Below, piece by piece: positions 7,669 through 16,449 of a DNA stretch of 64,000 bases. Position numbers and translations under genes: made by a program. Source of the stretch: Candidatus Vogelbacteria bacterium (GTDB lineage: Bacteria > Patescibacteriota > Minisyncoccia > Phycocordibacterales > JACRKE01); the NCBI GenBank assembly GCA_016215335.1, contig JACRKE010000037.1, positions 2,924 to 66,923 on the forward strand. The letters run 5' to 3'. Every line of letters starts with the position of its first letter. The stretch's first letter is position 1. The notes beneath the pieces were generated by a model. The model ran no database searches and was not told the DNA's origin. It saw only the letters and a list, made by a program, of their open reading frames with translations.

Positions 7669-10074
7669 CTATCGTTTCAGACGAGCGAAAATGTTTTCGT
7701 CCACTTCGCGTCTGTCTTGACCGTAAATCAGACGAGACAACTCCTTTAATTTTTCGCGTACCTCAATGTTACCCCTCGGTGCAAATATGACTTTCGTCAA
7801 AAATGGGCGAGTGGGCACACCCCCGATAAGCATCTTTGTATGTCCAAAAAGATTATCTGAAGTCGTGAGATCGTGCGTGTTGAAAACCGGCTCAAACTGT
7901 TTACCTAGAGTTTCAGTATCCGGCACACCGACCCTGAAAGCGATCATGGAACCGACGTTTCCAAATATGGCATCTCTAATTTTGTCCCCCAATTGATTAA
8001 TGAACTGATTGGCGACTGTAAGACACAGACGATATTTTCTGGCTTCTGAAAGAATGGTTCCAATGGTATCCGTTGTGAAATTCTGGAACTCATCCATGTA
8101 CAGATAGAAATCTCGACGATCCTTCTCTTCCTGATCCACTCTCCCAAACGCAGCCATCATAAGTTTGCCTACAATTATCATACCTAGCAAATTTGCGTTC
8201 ATCTCGCCAATTACACCTTTTGGAAGGTTGACGAAGAGAATTTTGCCTTCATCCATAATCTTCCTGAAATCAAAAGCAGACTTCTGCTGACCGATAATAG
8301 GTCTCATATAGTCGTTGTTTACGAATTGTGTGAATTTGGAAGTTATATAAGTTGTCATGTTGGGAAGAGACCCTTCACCCGTACGCTTGGAAGCATTCTG
8401 CCAAAAACCGACAACAAGGGGATCCTTACAAAGTTCGAGTTTGCGATTACGATATTCATCGTCCGTAAACAGACGCTGGACATCGAGAAGGCTTGCGTGA
8501 GATTTCTCATACTGTGCGCACTCTGTGAGCAACAAAAGTGCGTTTCTGAAATAAAGTTCAAACATTGGACCGCCCGTGGTCTTCAAATCATAAAGCTTGT
8601 CGAAAATTGTGAGCATTTCATTCACCACAAACGATCTTTGCTCCGGGTGGTTGAGATCATACTCAAGCATATTGAGGCCAACAGGACGAGACATGTCGGA
8701 AGGGTCAAATATAATAACGTCTTCTATCCTTTCTTTTGGAACATTCGCAATCATTAGATTAAAGAAGTCAGTATTCGGGTCTATGATGCAGACTCCTTTA
8801 CCATTTCTAATATCCTGTGCGGCAAGGCTCGCGAGAAGTGCGGTCTTTCCGGATCCTGTCTGGCCAATGGAGTAAAGGTGGCGCCTGCGATCTTCGTCTG
8901 TCAGTTTTACCAGTTTTGTGTCGCCCCTGAAAACACTTTCACCTAAAATTATCCCCTCGTTCGGAAGATTCTCCGGAGGAGGGGCCTCCTTGTCCTTCAA
9001 CCATTTAACGTATGGCACCGAACTAGAAGTGGTCGGCAAGTGGAACATACTAGCCATCTCTTCGGTATTTAGAAGCATGGATTCGTCTTTCTTAAACTCT
9101 CTGAATGCGTACGAAAATATAAGCCCCCTCACATCTTTCGGCTTAATACACTCTATTGTATTTCTTTGCGGAGAAGAAAACTGAGCAAAGGCGCTGCCGA
9201 TAGAGAGAAGCAGGTCTTCGGCACGATCTTTCACGGTGGCAGCTGTTATAATTCTCAAATTAACTTCGAACAAAGGCTTCGCAATCTTCTGTTGTAGCGC
9301 CTTAATCGCATCTTCGTCGATTATGATTGGCTTTGTTTTGTCGTCATCTTTCTTGTCGTTATCGGTTGTCATGAGAAAAGATTTACCGATTTTTGCAATG
9401 TCTTTACCTCTTACGAATCTAGTGTCAATAGCCTCTGAAAGTTTCGTGCCCTTCTTTAGACTATTGATTGAACTTAGTATGGACTTTTTCGTAGAATCGG
9501 CACTTGGAATCGCAACCATTTGGAGAGAGGCGCCTTCACCTTCAGTCGCGAGCTTGCTAAATGAGCTCAAAATCGGCCCAAATGTATCGGCTTCAGCCTC
9601 TTTGTATGTACGAATTGGCAAGACGAAGCTATCTTTAAGGCGCATGTACGCCGCGGAAGCCTTGGCCCCAGGCGCAAAAATAGTGTAATCAGAAATCTCC
9701 TCAATCTGCGCATCTAGAAATACTCCCTGTATCTGTCTGGCCGCGAATTCTACGTATTGCTTTGGCACGGCAACGTAGAAAAGGATGTCTTGCGTTTTAT
9801 TCAAAACTGAAACCTCGAAAACAAATGGTTGCTTAATGGCCGCAAGAGCTGCGAAAACTTGTTCCGATAGCATTATCTGCTTTGTGAGTTCATTTTTTTC
9901 TTTAGCGGCCTCATCGCCCTCATTTCTCGGCAACCTGAGAGAGAGCAGTCTCAAATCAAGCATCTCTTGGGCAACCTTCGAACCGCCTTTTTTTGCTTTG
10001 AATATCAGATACGCGACCAGGAGCAACAGTGCGACCGCGACCAAAATATATAAATAGAGCGAAATTTGAGACAT
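7669..10074 (-). CDS. type IV secretion coupling-protein-like ATPase (VirD4/TraG/TraD-like)
   Basis: N-terminal TM helix, Walker A GQTGSGKT, Walker B-plus motif LYMDEFQNF...ARKYRLCLTVANQFINQL typical of TraG/VirD4 (DE...RK...Q..Q), 801 aa. Confidence 0.55.
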   Translation of the reverse strand: MSQISLYLYILVAVALLLLVAYLIFKAKKGGSKVAQEMLDLRLLSLRLPRNEGDEAAKEKNELTKQIMLSEQVFAALAAIKQPFVFEVSVLNKTQDILFYVAVPKQYVEFAARQIQGVFLDAQIEEISDYTIFAPGAKASAAYMRLKDSFVLPIRTYKEAEADTFGPILSSFSKLATEGEGASLQMVAIPSADSTKKSILSSINSLKKGTKLSEAIDTRFVRGKDIAKIGKSFLMTTDNDKKDDDKTKPIIIDEDAIKALQQKIAKPLFEVNLRIITAATVKDRAEDLLLSIGSAFAQFSSPQRNTIECIKPKDVRGLIFSYAFREFKKDESMLLNTEEMASMFHLPTTSSSVPYVKWLKDKEAPPPENLPNEGIILGESVFRGDTKLVKLTDEDRRRHLYSIGQTGSGKTALLASLAAQDIRNGKGVCIIDPNTDFFNLMIANVPKERIEDVIIFDPSDMSRPVGLNMLEYDLNHPEQRSFVVNEMLTIFDKLYDLKTTGGPMFELYFRNALLLLTECAQYEKSHASLLDVQRLFTDDEYRNRKLELCKDPLVVGFWQNASKRTGEGSLPNMTTYITSKFTQFVNNDYMRPIIGQQKSAFDFRKIMDEGKILFVNLPKGVIGEMNANLLGMIIVGKLMMAAFGRVDQEEKDRRDFYLYMDEFQNFTTDTIGTILSEARKYRLCLTVANQFINQLGDKIRDAIFGNVGSMIAFRVGVPDTETLGKQFEPVFNTHDLTTSDNLFGHTKMLIGGVPTRPFLTKVIFAPRGNIEVREKLKELSRLIYGQDRREVDENIFARLKR

Positions 10075-10089
10075 TATTTTAGCACAATC

Positions 10090-10533
10090 TTAGTTAATCA
10101 GATTATGATTTTTGAGCTCATCATAGAGCTTGTCCACGAGGGCATCATGAAATGCGTCCAGTATAAATGGGTCTTCTTCCACAACCTGCTTGATTGTTTG
10201 GCTGATTCCTTTTTCAAAGATAGTGGCCATAAGAGCGTTAATCTTAGCCACAGCATCGTTGTCTAGAGTATCCAAATAAGTCGGTCTCTTGGCTTTAACC
10301 ACGGGTGCGACTTTGGACGAAGCGGACGGGCTAGTTGTGGGCGGGGTGATACTCATTGCCTGGCCCATTACCTCTCCGATTTTTTCAGCCACAACATGAC
10401 GTACCAGCTCTTTTTCCTCGACTATGCCATGTCCAGCTTCAAGCATTCTCCTTTTCTCCTCAATCTGCCTAGACAGCTCGGCTATCTCAGCCTCCACATT
10501 TCCGCGATTTATTTGATCAGTCATAATATCCAT
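10090..10533 (-). CDS. hypothetical coiled-coil protein
   Basis: 147-aa ORF immediately downstream of the VirD4-like gene; no motif. Confidence 0.3.
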   Translation of the reverse strand: MDIMTDQINRGNVEAEIAELSRQIEEKRRMLEAGHGIVEEKELVRHVVAEKIGEVMGQAMSITPPTTSPSASSKVAPVVKAKRPTYLDTLDNDAVAKINALMATIFEKGISQTIKQVVEEDPFILDAFHDALVDKLYDELKNHNLIN

Positions 10534-10647
10534 TTTAGCACGACAAAAGAAGAAAAAGTGTGGACAGCAAAAAAGATTTCCCCAAAATATGCATTGACTA
10601 TGGTTGGAATAAGCAGGACAATTGGTACATATTCATATCTTTTATAA

Positions 10648-12558
10648 ATGACGGACAGACCTACAAATAGTTCCACGGAGTTGGAAGATTGGTACAACCC
10701 GATGAAACATACTCTCGATCAGCTTCGAGAGAGAATGGCTTTTATAAGAAAGCGCCTAAAAGACGTGGGGGAAATGTCCAAATTGGAACTTACTAACAAA
10801 GACGAAATTGAGGCAGATTTAAAAAGAGAACTCGAAGTTTTAGAAAAAGCCGAAAAAATAAGGACGGTTTTTGCATCAGACCCAGGACAGGTGAGAGAGA
10901 CCGTAAGCGACTCCGCAAAGCCCGCCTCACCAAAAAATGCGACAGGTCCATCGGAAAGTGCTAAAGCAAACCCACTCGTCGACGTACCTGAGTACAAGGA
11001 GGAAACAAGTGTATCCGGGATTTCACCTGAATCAGAGGACGGCGATGCCGAAGTACCGGAAGAAATACTAATTAAGCTCGACGAACTTGATTCGGCAGAA
11101 GAGGAGATCGAGACACTGGCGCTAAAAGCCGACAAAATTTCCAATAAAAGTAGCACGAGCGAACTACTGTCTACCGCTGGCCAACTCTCGGACAAAGTCA
11201 CCGCCTATCGAACCCTCACGGCGGCACTAATTGAACTCGCGGACAAATCGCCAAATGTAAGTGAAAGACTCCTCCAGATTATAGAAGACTCGAGCGAGAG
11301 GTCTGCCTTGGTGGAAAAATTGTACACAAAAAGACACGGGAGACTCCTCCTGATACTAACGGAAATTGCCGAGCAGGAATCAAAAAAAGCACCGACAGAA
11401 GAGGCCGCGCCAGAAACTAAAACGCCGAGTGAGCTTTCGAACCAAGAAGCTCTTAGACGACCTGTTGCAGATGTTTTAAAAGGAGAAACGCCCGAGACCG
11501 AGAATCGAACGCAGTCACCTGAAGAAAAAGCGCCCACGGAGGAAGAAAAATTGGAGGTCTTGCTCAAAAGAGTAGGTTTTACCGAACTCGAGGAAAAATT
11601 TGACCCAATCCTTGTGGAAATATCCGGACTTAAGCCGGGAAGTGACGAGAGGAAGGCGAAGCTTATGGATTTTGTGATTGATTACTACGCCAGCCAAGGA
11701 AAAGTGCTAGGAGGAGCTCAAAACGAAGCGGAAAGAGAATTAATAAGCCAACAGTTCAAAATTATTGATGAAGCGTTACAGGAAGTTTGGAATGATAGTT
11801 TTGAAACGAAAGCAAAATCAGAAACAGCGGAGAGCGCGGGACCTGACGATCTAGCTCACCCAACAGAAGAGTTGTCTGCCCTAACACCTGAAGAAAGGTT
11901 AGAGATAGAGAGCGACGCCGAAGAAACAGAAAAGTTTCTCCTGCAACTTATGGAGGAGATGTCTACCGCAATCGAAAATAAGCTGACAAAGACTTGGCAC
12001 GCGGCTGAATCATCGAAAAAACCAGAACCGGAGAAGGATGATTTATATTTAGAATATGAAAAAGCGCTAATAGAGGCAGAATCAGAACTTTCAGCCGCAC
12101 TTTCAGGAGTGGAGCAAAATCCCAAGTTCAGGAAGTATAATGATCTGCTCACTCGAATAAAGTTTGCTCTAGAACAGACCCGGGCATTAAGACTAAGGAT
12201 TGAGGCCTTGAGAGAGAGTAGGGGCAGTGAATCACACAAAAAACCAGAATCAAAAGAGGAGAGGCTCCAAAATTTAAAGACCAGATCTAGCTCGATTTTG
12301 GATCAGTATTTTTTGGCAAAAGTGCCTGAAGCAAAAACTCTGAAACATGACAAAGACTACTGGGAGGAAGTCCTGGCCACACTGATCTCACTTGTTTCAG
12401 CAATTGATGAAATTGACGAAGCAGGGAAAGAGGAAAACGAAGAGATTAGAGCTATCGCGAAATATTATATAGATATAGCCAATTTCCATAAAGCTGTTAT
12501 GGAAGCGGAAAGAAGAAACCGTGAAGACAAAAATACCTACCAAGGTTTGTTGGACTAA
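10648..12558 (+). CDS. large acidic coiled-coil protein
   Basis: 636 aa, strongly E/K/D-rich, heptad-like periodicity, no enzymatic motif. Confidence 0.4.
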   Translation: MTDRPTNSSTELEDWYNPMKHTLDQLRERMAFIRKRLKDVGEMSKLELTNKDEIEADLKRELEVLEKAEKIRTVFASDPGQVRETVSDSAKPASPKNATGPSESAKANPLVDVPEYKEETSVSGISPESEDGDAEVPEEILIKLDELDSAEEEIETLALKADKISNKSSTSELLSTAGQLSDKVTAYRTLTAALIELADKSPNVSERLLQIIEDSSERSALVEKLYTKRHGRLLLILTEIAEQESKKAPTEEAAPETKTPSELSNQEALRRPVADVLKGETPETENRTQSPEEKAPTEEEKLEVLLKRVGFTELEEKFDPILVEISGLKPGSDERKAKLMDFVIDYYASQGKVLGGAQNEAERELISQQFKIIDEALQEVWNDSFETKAKSETAESAGPDDLAHPTEELSALTPEERLEIESDAEETEKFLLQLMEEMSTAIENKLTKTWHAAESSKKPEPEKDDLYLEYEKALIEAESELSAALSGVEQNPKFRKYNDLLTRIKFALEQTRALRLRIEALRESRGSESHKKPESKEERLQNLKTRSSSILDQYFLAKVPEAKTLKHDKDYWEEVLATLISLVSAIDEIDEAGKEENEEIRAIAKYYIDIANFHKAVMEAERRNREDKNTYQGLLD

Positions 12559-12591
12559 GGTGAAATAAATTTAAGCGACTATGAAGCAGTT

Positions 12592-14220
12592 GTGGGATCA
12601 TTGTTAGAGGCTAAAAAAATGGTGGATCTCGCGGATAATGAAATAGACCAAATTGAACGACTGCACAGAGGAGACCTTTCCCCAAAATACAGTGGGCCGG
12701 GCGGAGAAGAAGAACTCCGCGTTGAAATTTACAAAAGAAAGGAGACTCTGAGAAGCATCGTGGAGCGAATCGAGAATAGGCAATTGTGGCTCAAGGGTTT
12801 GGTTGACGAGGCAAAAGAAAAACTGCAAAAAACCCGAGAACAAAAAGAGAAGGCAACTGACGAAGCATTAAAGCAGATGGGCCGCAACAGCGAAGGCCGT
12901 TTAAAAAGGATTGCCGGACACGTTGGAAAAGAGTTCGCAGAAACAATCTCCGATATGGCGCTCGCCGCAAAGAAGGGCATGGAAAAGTTGGGCTGGAAAG
13001 GCCGGGCGGGTGTTTCGCTCGCGTTGGTGGGACTTGCAATGACAGGAAGTCTGCTTGGGGGAACAACTGGTGCCGGACTCGTGGCGGCATCTTCTATGGG
13101 GGGACTCGCAATGCGAATGAGTAGTGCTCTTGCAATGTCTGTTGTGGCGCATAGCGTAAGCGGCAGATTTACAGATGACAAAATTTGGAGGGGGGCAGCC
13201 GCTATCGGTGGCGGAGTGGTATCATTCTTTGTGCTACCCGAGATCGTTAAATACGGCATGCATGAATCAGGCTTAAGCGACTGGTTGGGAAGTCAATTTG
13301 ATCATGTTAGACACTGGTGGAACGGAGATGCTAACTTACCAGATACTCCCATGGTCAGGCCGGCTGGAGTGGGTCCTTCAGTACATCCCGGAACATCGCC
13401 TCATTCAATAACACCAGTTCAGCCCACAGTAACACCCACGCATCCAGTGCCACCGGTTCAATCTGCGCCAGCAAGTGTAATCCCGACTGAAGGTGACTTT
13501 GATATTGAACCTGAAACAGAAATACCGCCCGCACGAGTAGGGCCTAGCGTAGACCCCACACCAGCGCTAACCGCTGAAAAAATCCCAGAAATGCCTCCTC
13601 TGCCACCAAAACCAATAATACAGATTGAACCACCGGCACCTCCGGAGCCGAAAGTAGCTACACCCATCGAAGCTTCTCCAACTACAACTTCTCCCGAACC
13701 AGTAGTTCCCGCAGAACCTGTTCCATTGGCAAAACCTCCGGTGCCCGCCGAGGCTTTGCCTCACACAGCACATCCGGCGCCAGACGTATCTCGTATAGGG
13801 CTCGACAGGCTACACTATCCTGAAACGGCGATCGTGGGCCCAGAGGATAGTTCGTGGAACTATATCCGTGAGACTCTTAAAGCGTCAGGCGTTGGATCTC
13901 CAAGAGAGGTTGAAAATATAACCGGCAATATCGTAAGAAGAATAGAATTTCTTGGCTCGAATCCCAGCGCCTTACACGACACACTTGAAAAAATAGGCAA
14001 GGAAGGCCTAAAAGAATTGAACCTGACTGAAAATTCTTCATACAAAGAAGTCCTACGCGCGCTTGGCTATCAAGGCAATAATCCGTCTCTTAGAAATATT
14101 TACGACGGAGCCAAGGCGCCAAACATAAAAGGCCTCCTTAAGGTTGTGGGCGGAGAGGAGCAACTCAAGCGCTGGGTAATCCACGCGCACGATCTGATCA
14201 TGAGAGCGGGCCTTAAATAG
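12592..14220 (+). CDS. large coiled-coil / glycine-zipper / proline-rich protein (cassette L1)
   Basis: 542 aa. N-terminal coiled-coil; Gly/Ala-rich hydrophobic block (GAGLVAASSMGGLAMRMSSALAMSVVAHSVSG, GxxxG-like); Pro-rich linker (PVQPTVTPTHPVPPVQ); unknown C-terminal domain. Confidence 0.4.
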   Translation: MGSLLEAKKMVDLADNEIDQIERLHRGDLSPKYSGPGGEEELRVEIYKRKETLRSIVERIENRQLWLKGLVDEAKEKLQKTREQKEKATDEALKQMGRNSEGRLKRIAGHVGKEFAETISDMALAAKKGMEKLGWKGRAGVSLALVGLAMTGSLLGGTTGAGLVAASSMGGLAMRMSSALAMSVVAHSVSGRFTDDKIWRGAAAIGGGVVSFFVLPEIVKYGMHESGLSDWLGSQFDHVRHWWNGDANLPDTPMVRPAGVGPSVHPGTSPHSITPVQPTVTPTHPVPPVQSAPASVIPTEGDFDIEPETEIPPARVGPSVDPTPALTAEKIPEMPPLPPKPIIQIEPPAPPEPKVATPIEASPTTTSPEPVVPAEPVPLAKPPVPAEALPHTAHPAPDVSRIGLDRLHYPETAIVGPEDSSWNYIRETLKASGVGSPREVENITGNIVRRIEFLGSNPSALHDTLEKIGKEGLKELNLTENSSYKEVLRALGYQGNNPSLRNIYDGAKAPNIKGLLKVVGGEEQLKRWVIHAHDLIMRAGLK

Positions 14221-14235
14221 TTAACTTTCACCAAA

Positions 14236-14547
14236 ATGTTGCCATCACAAAAACAGATTAGAGAAACTATAATTAAAGAGTTAGACCTTGGACTTTTGTC
14301 GGCCGAAAAACAGACTGAAATAATAACCGGCCTTGCCGAGGAGATAATGAAGCGCGTAATGATAATGGCTATGGAAAGATTGCCGGCGGAGAGGCATGCT
14401 GATTTCAAATCACTTATAGGAGGAGACGAGCTTACGATTGTTAAATTTTTAGATGAAAATATCCCCGAGTTTCAGAAACTGATTGACCACGAAGTGAAGT
14501 CCGCCATAAAGGAATTTCAGGAATTGAGCGGTGCTCGGAAAAAGTAA
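14236..14547 (+). CDS. small acidic alpha-helical protein (cassette S1), paralogue of 15770..16078
   Basis: 103 aa. Aligns with the S2 protein (IIKELDLGLLSAEKQTEIITGL / IIIEQLGIDELPKEDQDEIVAGI; ERLPAERHADF / ERVPKDDRPKF; GGDELTIVKFL / KGDREEIKKFL; KSAIKEFQ / KKCINEFR). Confidence 0.45.
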   Translation: MLPSQKQIRETIIKELDLGLLSAEKQTEIITGLAEEIMKRVMIMAMERLPAERHADFKSLIGGDELTIVKFLDENIPEFQKLIDHEVKSAIKEFQELSGARKK

Positions 14548-14570
14548 CTAATCAAGAAAACAGTCATCAA

Positions 14571-14614
14571 ATGTGAATGCGTGGCAGTTTTGCACCGAGC
14601 ATCCACATTTTTTG
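14571..14614 (+). terminator. intrinsic terminator after S1 gene
   Basis: atgtgaatgc...gcatccacat stem followed by TTTTTT. Confidence 0.5.
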
Positions 14615-14672
14615 CTTGACTAAATATTCACAAAGCACGACAATTGTATGCATAGTTTAACTTGTCTAATAA

Positions 14673-15767
14673 ATGCCCGACGCAACATCTACTTTACAGA
14701 CTGATAATCACGAGGAAGTGCTGAAAGCTCTTGATTCGCGCCTAAAAGAAATAAAGGATCAAGCAGGACTGCATGACAATCTTGTTGCTGGAGCAAATGC
14801 TCTAAACATTAATGTTCCAGTAGCCAGTGTTCCCTTAAATTTACCGACAGTTGAATCTCCAAATATAAACTTAACTCCTAAGACGGCAGAAACCCTTGTC
14901 GAGGCCGAAAAGATAATCACAGAAATTGTACCCCCGTTACCCACGGTACCAATTTTAAATGTCTCCCCAGTTATAGAAAAAGCGCCCATAACGTTACAAC
15001 CGGAGATTTCTTTATCTAAAGCAGTAACAGCGCCACCTAATGTAACCGTAGCTCCTATCGCTAATAAGGAAGAGGTCAGAACCGAAGTTAAAACAGAAAT
15101 AGTACCCCAAAAAATAGAACAAATCGGACCGGTTATTTCTATGCCCTCGATGCGAAAGATTGATATCGCCAATCCCAATGTCGAAGAACACCAAACGGAA
15201 GTCCCCGTCGCTTCAGACTTTGTTGTTCACAAGATACCGGAAGGCAAGTCAATCGTAGTGGTGGAATTTGAAAGAGACATAGCGGCCATTGATGCAAAGT
15301 TAGATCAAATCGAAGAAGCGCAAAACAAAATGTCTGAAGAAGCGACAGCGCTCACAACAAACAAACATTCACTCGAGATTGCTAAAAGCCAAGCGATAAC
15401 TCACGAAAGGACACAAAAAGAAAAACTGTCGAGAAACATTCGAGAACTGGCACAAAATATGGTGGACGCAGTAATGACAAAAGCTCCTCAGAAAGACAGA
15501 CTAAAACTTCAAAAAGAGTACGACGGTCTTTTAGAAGAACTCCGGCTGGTTACTGAAGAGGGAATCACGGACGATTATATGCCAAAGAAAGGTGCGGATG
15601 TTGTCTCGCCTGAAACAAAAATTGATCTAAGTGACAAAACAAAGATCAAGGAAGCTCTACTGAAACAAAGAGAATCAATCGAGTCAGACAGAGATGAGTG
15701 GGTAGGGGACCCCATGAACGGGCTAGTCGCAGCCGCCTTAGTAAGTGATTCCTTGTCTATAAATTAG
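14673..15767 (+). CDS. proline-rich / coiled-coil protein (cassette L2)
   Basis: 364 aa; Pro/Val-rich repeats in the N-terminal half, coiled-coil C-terminal half. Confidence 0.4.
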   Translation: MPDATSTLQTDNHEEVLKALDSRLKEIKDQAGLHDNLVAGANALNINVPVASVPLNLPTVESPNINLTPKTAETLVEAEKIITEIVPPLPTVPILNVSPVIEKAPITLQPEISLSKAVTAPPNVTVAPIANKEEVRTEVKTEIVPQKIEQIGPVISMPSMRKIDIANPNVEEHQTEVPVASDFVVHKIPEGKSIVVVEFERDIAAIDAKLDQIEEAQNKMSEEATALTTNKHSLEIAKSQAITHERTQKEKLSRNIRELAQNMVDAVMTKAPQKDRLKLQKEYDGLLEELRLVTEEGITDDYMPKKGADVVSPETKIDLSDKTKIKEALLKQRESIESDRDEWVGDPMNGLVAAALVSDSLSIN

Positions 15768-15769
15768 AA

Positions 15770-16078
15770 ATGTCAAAAACAAAGAAGGTACTCAAGGACA
15801 TTATTATAGAACAGCTCGGCATAGATGAACTTCCCAAAGAAGATCAGGATGAAATCGTGGCTGGCATAAGCGGTAACGTCCTAAAGTCCATTACTCTCGC
15901 AATCCTAGAAAGGGTACCTAAAGACGACAGGCCCAAATTCGACAAGGTTAAAGAGAAAGGCGACAGAGAAGAGATAAAAAAATTCCTACAAAAATACGTT
16001 TCTGATCTTGAGTCTCTAGTAGAAGAAGAGACCAAGAAATGCATCAATGAGTTCAGGGCAATCGTTGCGTCGCTTTAA
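15770..16078 (+). CDS. small acidic alpha-helical protein (cassette S2), paralogue of 14236..14547
   Basis: 102 aa, starts 3 nt after the L2 stop; ~30% identity to S1 over its full length. Confidence 0.45.
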   Translation: MSKTKKVLKDIIIEQLGIDELPKEDQDEIVAGISGNVLKSITLAILERVPKDDRPKFDKVKEKGDREEIKKFLQKYVSDLESLVEEETKKCINEFRAIVASL

Positions 16079-16101
16079 AGACAAGCCACTGAATTACTAG
16101 C

Positions 16102-16449
16102 TCACAGCCCTGCCATAGCTGGACTTTTCAGAACAGATAGATCTGAAACAAGATCTATTCTTATTTTGTTGAGTGCGTTTAACACCCGCAAAGAGAAATC
16201 AGGTATTTGAGAACCTATTTTTTCCATTACCCCTCTCGGGTCTGGCTTTTCTGATTCAATCTCTTTTTTGACGAGTGCGGCCTGTTCGGGATCCATCGCT
16301 CCAACCATTTCTAGGAAAAGGCGCGCGTTCACCCTGTCGATGAGAGTTTTTTTGAACTGCCAATAGTGCATCGAGTCGTCTTTTTCGTTTACTCCTACTT
16401 CATCTAAGATGTCCACTACAAACTGCTCAATTATATTTATTTGTTCCAT
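16102..16449 (-). CDS. small acidic protein (possible divergent third member of the S family)
   Basis: 115 aa; begins INIIEQFVVDILDEV, resembling the IIIEQLGIDEL start of S2; overlaps the stop of 16437..18287 by 13 nt. Confidence 0.35.
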   Translation of the reverse strand: MEQINIIEQFVVDILDEVGVNEKDDSMHYWQFKKTLIDRVNARLFLEMVGAMDPEQAALVKKEIESEKPDPRGVMEKIGSQIPDFSLRVLNALNKIRIDLVSDLSVLKSPAMAGL